Of a stretch of 64,000 nt of DNA, positions 28,626 to 37,400 are shown one piece after another. The notes beneath the pieces are model-generated. The model had not been told where the DNA came from. It saw only the letters and a program-made list of their open reading frames with translations, and did not search any database. How positions within the stretch are numbered: position 1 is the first letter of the stretch; every line of letters begins with the position of its first letter. The position numbers were made by a program, and so were the translations under genes. The stretch covers positions 8,626 through 72,625 of IMG/VR virus record IMGVR_UViG_3300002835_000134; one strand, written 5' to 3'. Origin of the DNA: a virus.

Positions 28626-29675
28626 ATGAGTAATGAATTATTAGAAAAGGCCGCAGCAGCAGGTACAACAGTATCAACTGGTTTTGGCTCATCAACTGGT
28701 GGTACAGGCGTCCACGTTGCTTCAGAAAATGGCAACGGTGGTCTTCTTAACCCAGAACAATCAGCAAGATTCTTGGACTATATGTTCGACGCTACCGTAA
28801 TTGGTAAGGTTGCACGTACAGTTCGCATGAAGTCTGACACAACAGAGATTGATCGTATGTCAGTAGGAGAAAAGCTTGTAAAGCTTGCATCCGAAGGAGA
28901 AAACACAGCCGTAAATCAAGGCGTAACATTCTCAAAGATCTCTCTAACAACAAAGAAGCTCCGCATGGACTGGGAACTTTCAACTGAGTCTCTAGAAGAC
29001 AATATCGAAGGTGCAGATCTTGAAGATCATATTGCACGTATGATGGCAACACAAGCTGGAAATGACATCGAAGATCTTATTCTTAACGGTGACACATCAC
29101 TTTCAGCCGATGCTCTGTACAAGTCATTTGACGGTGCAGTTAAGAAGGCAAAGACACACGGTCGTGTAGTCGATGCAGCAGGTGCGGGAATTTCCCGTGA
29201 AATCTTCAACAAGGCTCTTAAGGCAATGCCACGTAAGTACAAGCAACGTCGTACAGACCTTCGTTTCCTTTCTGGATCAAACTTGATCCAAGATTACTTG
29301 TTCTCTAACTCACAGAACATTCAGAACGTTACTCCACAAGATATTGCCTCTGGCATCATCCGTGGTGACGTTCCTGTTCTTGGAGGTCCAGCAGGATATG
29401 TAGCTCCATACGCATTTGGTATTCCAATCGTTGAAGTTCCATTGCTTCCTGAGACACAGACAGGTACATACGCAACTCCATCAGGTTCACACGGAGACGT
29501 CCACTTGACATTCCCAAATAACGTAGTTATTGGTATCAAGCGTGATGTAACCGTTTACCGCTTCTTCCAGCCACGTAAGGACACAATCGAGTACACAATG
29601 TATACCCGTGTTGGCGTTCAAATCGAGCAGGCAGACGCTTGGGTAGTTGTAAAGAACGTTAAGGTTGCTTCTTAA
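28626..29675 (+). CDS. Major capsid protein (HK97 fold)
   Basis: GGLL.PEQ, ELS.E.LEDN, ILNGD, FGIPI; highly biased codon use; position. Confidence 0.9.
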   Translation: MSNELLEKAAAAGTTVSTGFGSSTGGTGVHVASENGNGGLLNPEQSARFLDYMFDATVIGKVARTVRMKSDTTEIDRMSVGEKLVKLASEGENTAVNQGVTFSKISLTTKKLRMDWELSTESLEDNIEGADLEDHIARMMATQAGNDIEDLILNGDTSLSADALYKSFDGAVKKAKTHGRVVDAAGAGISREIFNKALKAMPRKYKQRRTDLRFLSGSNLIQDYLFSNSQNIQNVTPQDIASGIIRGDVPVLGGPAGYVAPYAFGIPIVEVPLLPETQTGTYATPSGSHGDVHLTFPNNVVIGIKRDVTVYRFFQPRKDTIEYTMYTRVGVQIEQADAWVVVKNVKVAS

Positions 29676-29696
29676 TTAATTAAGAATTAAACTACC

Positions 29697-29733
29697 GAAA
29701 GGCCCCCAATTAATTTTGGGGGCTTTTCATTTT
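29697..29733 (+). terminator. Intrinsic terminator after the capsid gene
   Basis: GAAAGGCCCCCAA-TTAATT-TTGGGGGCTTTTC plus T-rich tail. Confidence 0.8.
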
Positions 29734-29781
29734 AATTTATCAATGCTATAATTAAAGGACCTAGAAAGAGGAGAACTAAAT

Positions 29782-30174
29782 ATGTCATTTGACACATTAA
29801 CAGTAGCTGAATTAAAGGAAATTGCAACGGAGTTTGCAGTAGACACAGAAGGCCTAAAAAATAAAAAAGAAGTAATTGCTGCCATGGCAGAAGAGGGCGT
29901 AACCTATTCTGTATATCAAAAGACAGTTAAAGCAATTGAAGAGGCTACAGAAGAAATTGAAATTTTACCAGTTTTTGATCCGAAGGCTCAGCCAGAAGAT
30001 ACTATCTTGGTACGTATGACAAGAGATAATCATAGATATGATATTCACGGATACAGCTTTACAAAGACTCATCCCTTTGTAGCAATGTCTGAAGATGATG
30101 CTCAAAAAATCTTTGATACAGAGGAGGGTTTTCGTTTAGCGACACCAAAGGAAGTTCAGGACTTCTACAACTAA
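29782..30174 (+). CDS. Hypothetical protein with Rho-N/SAP-like N-terminal helix-extension-helix
   Basis: LTVAELKEIA.......GL.NKKE.I. Confidence 0.55.
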   Translation: MSFDTLTVAELKEIATEFAVDTEGLKNKKEVIAAMAEEGVTYSVYQKTVKAIEEATEEIEILPVFDPKAQPEDTILVRMTRDNHRYDIHGYSFTKTHPFVAMSEDDAQKIFDTEEGFRLATPKEVQDFYN

Positions 30175-30190
30175 ACGTTAACATAAGTTA

Positions 30191-31114
30191 ATGGAAATAT
30201 TAGCAGGAACAAACTCACCAATACAGCACAGGGTATTTTGGAAAGGCGAATCTGCAGTTGCAGATAGCATACCCACAGTATCTTTATTACGAGCAGATGT
30301 ACCAGCACAAACAGTTTTATACTCTGGCACTGCAGTTCAATCAGAGACCGATACAGGGGTTTACAATTTTTATGCACCACAAACCACTAAGCTTCCAGGA
30401 TCTCTTATTGCAAGATGGCAATATGCGGTTGAAGGTTTTTCTATATCATATGATCAAAATGTTGATGTAGTTAAGCCATACGTAGACTTGTCACAAGTGA
30501 TTAATGGTTTAGGTTTGGGCTCTGACTACAATGATCCAAATAGCAGAACTTATCAAGAGCTAGTTGATGCCGAGAAGTACTCTCGTAAAGTAATTGAAAA
30601 TTACACTCAGCAAAAGTTCTACAGCTATCTTTCATCAGAGATTGCTTATGGGTCTGGTAACGATATTCTTCCTTTATCTAATAAGATAAACACTCTTCAA
30701 GCAATAGAAGTAAATGATATCCCGCTTACAGGAATGCCATTTGAAGTTGCTGAAAGTGGATTTTCAATTAGATTAAATCGTGCAGATATGCTTGACAACG
30801 TAACATATGTTGCTAACGGCTTGATCCCACCAACTATCAATGACTACTCAGGAATCTTTAATAAAGATGCTAGATATAAAGTCACGGGATACTTCGGCTG
30901 GGAAAAAGTTCCAAATGAAGTTGAGATGGCAGCTATTGAACTTATGAAAGACTATTTCTCTAAAGACAAAGTATGGAGAAACAAGTATATAAAGAGCATA
31001 TCCACATTCGACTGGCAGTTTGATTTTAACTCAGCCACCTTTTCGGGTACTGGTAATAACTACGTAGACCAATTGCTTTTGCCTTATGTAATAAGCAAAA
31101 TGGTATTGATATAA
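30191..31114 (+). CDS. Head-tail adaptor
   Basis: IE.YT.Q.F, V.G.FGWE.VP.EV.MA..L, GN..VD.LL.PY; position. Confidence 0.7.
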   Translation: MEILAGTNSPIQHRVFWKGESAVADSIPTVSLLRADVPAQTVLYSGTAVQSETDTGVYNFYAPQTTKLPGSLIARWQYAVEGFSISYDQNVDVVKPYVDLSQVINGLGLGSDYNDPNSRTYQELVDAEKYSRKVIENYTQQKFYSYLSSEIAYGSGNDILPLSNKINTLQAIEVNDIPLTGMPFEVAESGFSIRLNRADMLDNVTYVANGLIPPTINDYSGIFNKDARYKVTGYFGWEKVPNEVEMAAIELMKDYFSKDKVWRNKYIKSISTFDWQFDFNSATFSGTGNNYVDQLLLPYVISKMVLI

Positions 31115-31115
31115 A

Positions 31116-31541
31116 ATGAATAATCTTGTAGACTCCATCCTAAGCATGAAGATGGATGTGTATGTGCAGCAAGACGTACAGGACCAGGATACAGGCGCTA
31201 TAAAAAAAGAATGGCTTTATTCAAAAACTGTTGCCTGCTATGCAAGAGGAATAATCACTAGCAGCGGAGCCAGATCTTCAGATGTCCAAACCATGAGTAA
31301 TAGATATACTAACAAAGAAAATATTGAAATTAGAACTGAAGCAAGAGTAACCCTAAGAGACAAGATTACAAATATTAGAGACTCATCAGATAATGTTATT
31401 TGGGCCGAGCTAAATTACCCAACAGAAACTCCAACAGTCTTTGAACTAATTGGAACTACACCAATCACTGACCCATTCGGCGGAATACTAGGATACAACT
31501 GTTCAGCCCGTAGATCGGAGAATCAGGTAATTGGACTCTAG
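31116..31541 (+). CDS. Head closure/stopper protein
   Basis: QD.DTG.I..W; size and synteny. Confidence 0.6.
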   Translation: MNNLVDSILSMKMDVYVQQDVQDQDTGAIKKEWLYSKTVACYARGIITSSGARSSDVQTMSNRYTNKENIEIRTEARVTLRDKITNIRDSSDNVIWAELNYPTETPTVFELIGTTPITDPFGGILGYNCSARRSENQVIGL

Positions 31542-32319
31542 TGTTGCTTTACTACAAACCGCAAGCGGCCTTGAACGACCAATGGCTGGAAACAAGCCTG
31601 GGATAATTAAAGATTCCTCTGTAGCACAAATATCTGCATTCCTTTATTACCAAGCAAGTGTCCTTGGAAAACTTACAGCAAACAAAGCCTTTCAAAGTTT
31701 ATTTAAACAAACTATATTTAATCAGATAAATAAAGATTTTGGGGACTATATAGATTCATCTGCAAGAGTAAAGCCAACTGCATTGCACCATGTTTATGAA
31801 TGGAATAAAACGGGGCAAGAGACATCTAGACTATTTAAATTAAACAGGATGGATGCAGATGGACTTTCATTTAGAGTAACATATGACTTTAAATTATCTA
31901 AGTCTTCTGTCCCGTCTAAAAATAAAAAACAAAGAAAGAAATATGTATTTGCAACAAAGGCTTCTGTGATGGAAGCTGGAATGCCCGTAATAATCCGTCC
32001 AAGGTCCGCTGAGCGCTTAGTATTTGAGTTAGATGGTATTACCGTGTTTATGCCCAAAGGGTCCTCAGTGACCGTTAAAAGCCCAGGAGGACGTGCCTCA
32101 TCAAATCAATTTAGACTACACTACGGAAGATATTTTGGGGGGCAGCTTGTTAATAATTCAATCAAGGCCTCTGGGTTTCAGAATATATTTAACGCCAAAA
32201 TGAGCAAGGCATTAGATACACCAGCAAGTATTCGAAAAGTGCAATATAGCTTCACAGCTGGTAAAATTAGGTTGGAAGCAGATATGGAATTACAAACGGC
32301 ATTTGGGGGAGCACTATGA
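31531..32319 (+). CDS. Putative neck/tail completion protein
   Basis: Basic protein between stopper and tail terminator; synteny. Confidence 0.5.
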   Translation: MDSSVALLQTASGLERPMAGNKPGIIKDSSVAQISAFLYYQASVLGKLTANKAFQSLFKQTIFNQINKDFGDYIDSSARVKPTALHHVYEWNKTGQETSRLFKLNRMDADGLSFRVTYDFKLSKSSVPSKNKKQRKKYVFATKASVMEAGMPVIIRPRSAERLVFELDGITVFMPKGSSVTVKSPGGRASSNQFRLHYGRYFGGQLVNNSIKASGFQNIFNAKMSKALDTPASIRKVQYSFTAGKIRLEADMELQTAFGGAL

Positions 32320-32825
32320 CAGTAGATTATAAGATAGATGCAGTATTTGAACTACGCAAGTTCCTCTGGAATGAATTAAAGACTACAAAGATATTTGATC
32401 CTACAGAATACTACAGCGATAATATTAATATGGAGATTATTCCAATTATCCCAGTTCAGCAACAGCCAGAACTCAATCAATTTTTAAGCGGGAAGAAGCA
32501 TATTGTCTATGACAAGATTGGCCTATCCTATGAGGACATATGGCTACTATGCTGCGAGAAGGTTTTATTTACAGTGTATTCCACAGACGTATCCGACATA
32601 TATGAGATCCGAAATTTGATGACAGACCTATTCAGAAGAATGGACGATTCTGCCAGAGATATTAATAAATTTAAGGATGAGCCAAAGATTAAATTTCACA
32701 GTATACAGGTTGTTGAGACCTCACCCATAACCCCGTCAGAGGAACTTCAGGGCTTCCTATCGTCCGACATAATCCTAGAAGTAAAATATTCAAGAATCAC
32801 TGGCCCAGATGGACGTTTTATCTAA
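32316..32825 (+). CDS. Putative tail terminator
   Basis: Acidic 169-aa protein immediately before the major tail gene. Confidence 0.55.
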   Translation: MTVDYKIDAVFELRKFLWNELKTTKIFDPTEYYSDNINMEIIPIIPVQQQPELNQFLSGKKHIVYDKIGLSYEDIWLLCCEKVLFTVYSTDVSDIYEIRNLMTDLFRRMDDSARDINKFKDEPKIKFHSIQVVETSPITPSEELQGFLSSDIILEVKYSRITGPDGRFI

Positions 32826-32826
32826 G

Positions 32827-32855
32827 TTGCGTTTGGGGTCATTATACACTAAAAT
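32827..32855 (+). promoter_or_regulatory. Putative late promoter TTGCGT-N17-TAAAAT
   Basis: Matches 27214..27242; precedes the major tail gene. Confidence 0.65.
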
Positions 32856-32945
32856 TAGCTTAGAGGAAAAAGCCTAGCCAGCTTTGATTTAGATTTAAAA
32901 CGTAAGTCAATATATATATATTTATTTAACAGGAGGTTTTACAAC

Positions 32946-33686
32946 ATGGCACAAAACACAGGTAATGCTAGAAATATTCTTGTTGGTGCGTCACCATTGT
33001 TCCTTACAACACTTGATATCACATCTGGGCAATATGCAGATTTTGAAGCAGGAGTTTTAAGAGCAGGCACAGCAACAAAGAACGATAAGGTACCAGCATT
33101 CGTAGCACCAACAACATCAGCAGCGGGAACATCTTACACAGATACACTTAACGCACTAGATGCAGGTGTAGGACAAGATGGAGCCTACCGTAACGTAGGT
33201 TACACAAATAACGGTCTTCAGGTTACATACAACCCATCATACGGTTCAGTAACAGTAGATCAGCTTCTTGACTCAGCAAAGCTTTTCAAGGAGACAATGG
33301 AAGTTATGATCGCAACAGAAATGGCAGAAGGTACTCTTGAGAACGTTCTTGCTGTATTTGGTCAGCGCTCAGACACATTAGATTCATCAGTTGCAACAAA
33401 GAAGACTCTAGGTCTTGCTGGTGGAGCACTAGGTGAGGCTCCAACAGAGCGTCAGCTAATTGCAGTTGGACAGGCTCCAACTTCAGATACAGTTTCAGCT
33501 TCTGAGCGTGTATATTATGCACGTCGTGTTCTTTCTGTACAACAGTCACAGTTCTCTTTGGCTCGTAACGCAGCATCAACATTCCCAGTAACATTCCGTT
33601 TGCTACCATCAGGTGCATCGACTCACGCTGGTAAGGAATATGGTTTCATTGTAGACCGTGTTCTCTCAAAGCTACCAACACCATAA
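32946..33686 (+). CDS. Major tail (tube) protein
   Basis: NILVGA, VGYT..GL...Y.P....V.VDQ, E.TLEN; AGGAGG RBS; biased codons. Confidence 0.85.
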   Translation: MAQNTGNARNILVGASPLFLTTLDITSGQYADFEAGVLRAGTATKNDKVPAFVAPTTSAAGTSYTDTLNALDAGVGQDGAYRNVGYTNNGLQVTYNPSYGSVTVDQLLDSAKLFKETMEVMIATEMAEGTLENVLAVFGQRSDTLDSSVATKKTLGLAGGALGEAPTERQLIAVGQAPTSDTVSASERVYYARRVLSVQQSQFSLARNAASTFPVTFRLLPSGASTHAGKEYGFIVDRVLSKLPTP

Positions 33687-33709
33687 TTAATATAATTAAT
33701 TAATAGATT

Positions 33710-33736
33710 ACCCCCCAAGCAATTGGGGGGTTTTCT
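33710..33736 (+). terminator. Intrinsic terminator
   Basis: ACCCCCCAA-GCAA-TTGGGGGGT followed by TTTCT. Confidence 0.8.
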
Positions 33737-33795
33737 ATTGCCATTGTATTTTGAATATGATACAATAATTAAGACTAGATCCTAGGAGGATTAAA

Positions 33796-34128
33796 TTGGC
33801 AACTACAGTATATGATGTTGAAGAAATTCAGCTACAGAATGGCGCTACAGTTAAGCTTAAGCCTTTAACAATTAAAGAGCTACGTGAGTTTATGAAGGTC
33901 ATTAATAAGACACAAGAAGTAACAACAGAAGACGAAACATTAACAATCCTTATTGAGGCTTGTGGAGTGGCTTTACAGAAGCAGCTTCCAGACTTAGTAG
34001 CGGACAAAGACGCATTTGAAGACACACTTGACGTTCCAACTATCAATCGCATTCTTGAAGTTTGCGGAGGAATTAAGATGGACGACCCAAACCTACTAGC
34101 GGCAGCAGTACTGGCTGGTCAGAACTAG
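33796..34128 (+). CDS. Tail assembly chaperone (gpG-like)
   Basis: Between major tail and tape measure genes; AGGAGG RBS, TTG start. Confidence 0.8.
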   Translation: MATTVYDVEEIQLQNGATVKLKPLTIKELREFMKVINKTQEVTTEDETLTILIEACGVALQKQLPDLVADKDAFEDTLDVPTINRILEVCGGIKMDDPNLLAAAVLAGQN

Positions 34129-34460
34129 ATCTAGCCGCTTTAGAAGGGGAAGTTTTTCTTCTTGGTAATTGGATAAATTACGAACAGTTAGAAGAAAGTC
34201 TTTCAATGCCAGAATTAGTCCAGACTTTTAAATCAATGCAAAAAACTGAATCGGAAAAAAGAAAATTCTTAGCTTCAATTCAGGGAGTAGATTTAAATGA
34301 AAGCAGTAATGAAAATAAGGAGGGGTCATCCTTCGAAGATGTTAAAAGAAGAGCACTTGGAATTACGGCATCAGCAAACGATGTTGTATCATTACAAGGG
34401 TCATTCGCCAGCGAAGCTGGTTTTGGCATTGGAGCGGGATTAGGATACTCTATAGAGTAA
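34086..34460 (+). CDS. -1 frameshift extension of the tail chaperone (gpGT-like)
   Basis: Slippery heptamer C-CCA-AAC at 34086..34092; -1 frame open (KPTSGSSTGWSELDLAALEGEVFLLGNW...) through the 34206..34460 ORF. Confidence 0.8.
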   Translation, partial: PKPTSGSSTGWSELDLAALEGEVFLLGNWINYEQLEESLSMPELVQTFKSMQKTESEKRKFLASIQGVDLNESSNENKEGSSFEDVKRRALGITASANDVVSLQGSFASEAGFGIGAGLGYSIE

Positions 34461-34469
34461 CATAGTAAT

Positions 34470-37400
34470 ATGGCAGATAATAATTTAACCACGTTTATTA
34501 CCGCCAACGCAGACTTTACGAGTTTAAGAACTCAGCTAGCTGCGGTTACTGCCCAACTCGTAAAATTACAAGAAACAACTGCTGGCACAAACGCTAAACT
34601 TGCAAATCAAATTGCAGTGATGAACAAGTCGTTTGCCACGACACTTACTTCAACAGGGCAATTTTCACAACACTTTGTATCTCTAACTTCAGACGTAGAC
34701 AAGTTTGGAAGAAATTTAGATAGAGGCCGACTCAAGCTCAACGAATATTATAATGCTTGGAGCGGCCATACAAAGAAAACAAGCAATTTAGTTAGAGAAC
34801 TTGCTAAGCAGCAAGTAATGCTTCAGCAGGCTATAGTTCAGCCTGTAGGTAAAAACGCACAAGGCTTAATGCAATACAATGTTATGGTTGCAAAGGGTCT
34901 TGATGAAGTAAAGAACAAGATGGCTATTGCTACACAGCAAGCGGCAATTATGAACAAGGTCATGCTTGACGGATCAACAGGACTTATTAACTGGGGTAAA
35001 AATACTCAGTGGGCTGGACGTCAATTAACAGTAGGACTTACTGTTCCACTTATTGCATTTGGCGCAGCAGCACAAAAAGCATTTAAAGAAGCAGACCAAG
35101 AACTAGTAAGATTAACAAAGGTTTATGGCGGATTAGCTGCAACATCTTCAGCAGATTTGGCTCAAGTTAGAAAAGATATTAGCGCAACCGCAAAAGAAAT
35201 TGCAAGCTCTTATGGAGTTGCATACAAAGAAACAATTGCATTAGCGGCTGATCTTGCAGCAACAGGACAACAGGGCAACGACTTAATAGCTGCTACACAA
35301 CAAACTACAAGGCTAGCGGTTCTTGGTGAAGTTGATAGACAAGAAGCAATGAAAGCAACTCTTGCAATTCAAAACGCATTTAAACAAAGCACAGACGAAC
35401 TTACCGCATCAATTGACTTTCTTAACGCAGTTGAAAACCAGACATCAACAAGCCTTGCAGATTTAACTGAAGCTATTCCAAAGGCAGGGCCAGTAGTTAA
35501 ATCACTAGGTGGAGATGTAAAAGATTTAGCGCTTTACCTTACAGCAATGAAAGAAGGCGGAGTAAACGCTTCTGAAGGCGCAAACGCAATTAAGTCTGCA
35601 ATGGCATCATTAATTAACCCAACAAAAGTTGCAACCGAACAATTTATGGGGTTTGGAATTGACCTTAAGGGAATAGTAAACGATAACGCTGGAAACCTTA
35701 CAGAAACTATAATGGACTTGCAATCAGCGCTAGACCAGCTTAATCCTTTAGATAAATCTAGAGCAATCGAACAGCTATTTGGAAAATTCCAGTATGCAAG
35801 AATGTCTGCACTATTTGAAAACCTCGGGAAATCAGGGTCACAGACATTGCAAGTTATGGACTTAATGAAAGCAAGTGCGGTTGAACTTGCAGGTATCTCT
35901 GAGCGAGAATTAAAGATGATCACAGAGTCAGCCTCTGGACAGTTTAAGAGAGCATGGGCTGCAGTACAAGCAGACCTTGCTACAGTAGGAGAGCAATTCT
36001 TAAGAATAAGCACAAAAGTTTTAAAGGTAGTAGATGCAATAATTAATTTCTTTAAAGCACTTCCAGGCCCAGTTAAAACATTCCTTAATGCATTAGGTGG
36101 AATAACAGCAATTGCTGGACCACTCATCATGATGGCTGGTGTTATGGGTAACTTTATTGGTTATGTTGTAAAGGGCATATTCCATTTAAGACAACTTGCT
36201 AAGGGTGGGCAGGGCTTTAGGTTATTAACTCCAGAAATCATTGCAGCAGATGCTGCAGCAAAGGGATTAGCAACATCTTTTTATTCAGACTCAGAAGCAA
36301 CTATAGTATTAAAAAATGCAGTAGACACTCTTGCAGCATCTTTCACAGGACTTGAGACAAGAGCCAACGCAGCTAAGGTTGCAGTTCAACCAGCAATATC
36401 TACAGTCGCAGGAAGTGTACTTGCAGCAGGCGGAGTGGGACAAAGAATAGTGGACAAGAGCAACCCACTAATTGGAGAGCCATACTCAAGAGATATGTCT
36501 CATATGATTCCAGCACAAACAAATCAGCCAGGAACTATATTTGGAACAGTTCCAGGTGCAGCTCCAGTTAATATTAGAATTGGTAAAAACCCACAAGCAT
36601 ATATGAACGCAGATATGCCAAAGATTCCAGGAGTTACATCAGTAAATGGAATATCTACTGGAGTAGTTGCAGCAGAAGCCGCAAAGTGGCATGCAATGAC
36701 TGCAGCAATTGCAATGCAATCAGAAGCAGAAATTAAATTATTAAAGACAGAGGTAATGGCAACTGGAACAGTTACATCAAGCCTATCGGATTCCTATCAA
36801 GCTTTACTACCACAATTTTCCGAAATTACTCAACTTGCAGCAGCTGAAACACAAGCAATTGTTCAACAGCTTCAGGCAAGTAAAATAACAGTAGAGCAGG
36901 CAAGAGCAAAAGTAATTCAGTTAAATGCAACAGTAGAAGCAATGCTTGCAGAAACAACAGCACTTACAGCCCAATCAATGGGAAGAACTGCAAACTTAAC
37001 TACAGTGCCATTTACATCTCAGCCAGTAGTTGACCCAGCCACTGGGAAATCAAATATGAAAGAAATGTTCCATAAAGGATCAACAAAAAATCTTGTAGAT
37101 AAAATTGCTAGAGCTCTCGGAGGAGTTAGAACTTCGGGCGCAGGGTATAACATTCAAACAACAAAACCTAAGTTTGCTGACGGCGGAATCGTACCAGGAA
37201 CAGGTAATACAGATACATATCACACAACAGCAGAGGCTGGATCTTTTGTAATTAATAAGAAGTCTACTCAAGAAAATATGCCAATAATAAGCAGTCTGCT
37301 AGGTGGAACTCCTAAGTTTGCTGACGGTGGTCAAGTACCTGTTGTTCTGACTCCTGGAGAAGCAGTAATACCTGCAGAAGTTGCACAAAAGAATATGCCT

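Noticed and set aside
29669-29686. 18-bp palindrome TTCTTAATTAATTAAGAA at the capsid stop codon
   Set aside because: Low-complexity A/T sequence; similar TTAATTAA tracts precede other terminators, with no independent evidence of function
32856-32945. Long AT-rich leader with a (TA)n run as a possible ncRNA, tRNA or origin
   Set aside because: No cloverleaf or convincing stem seen; consistent with a translation-enhancing leader before the AGGAGG RBS
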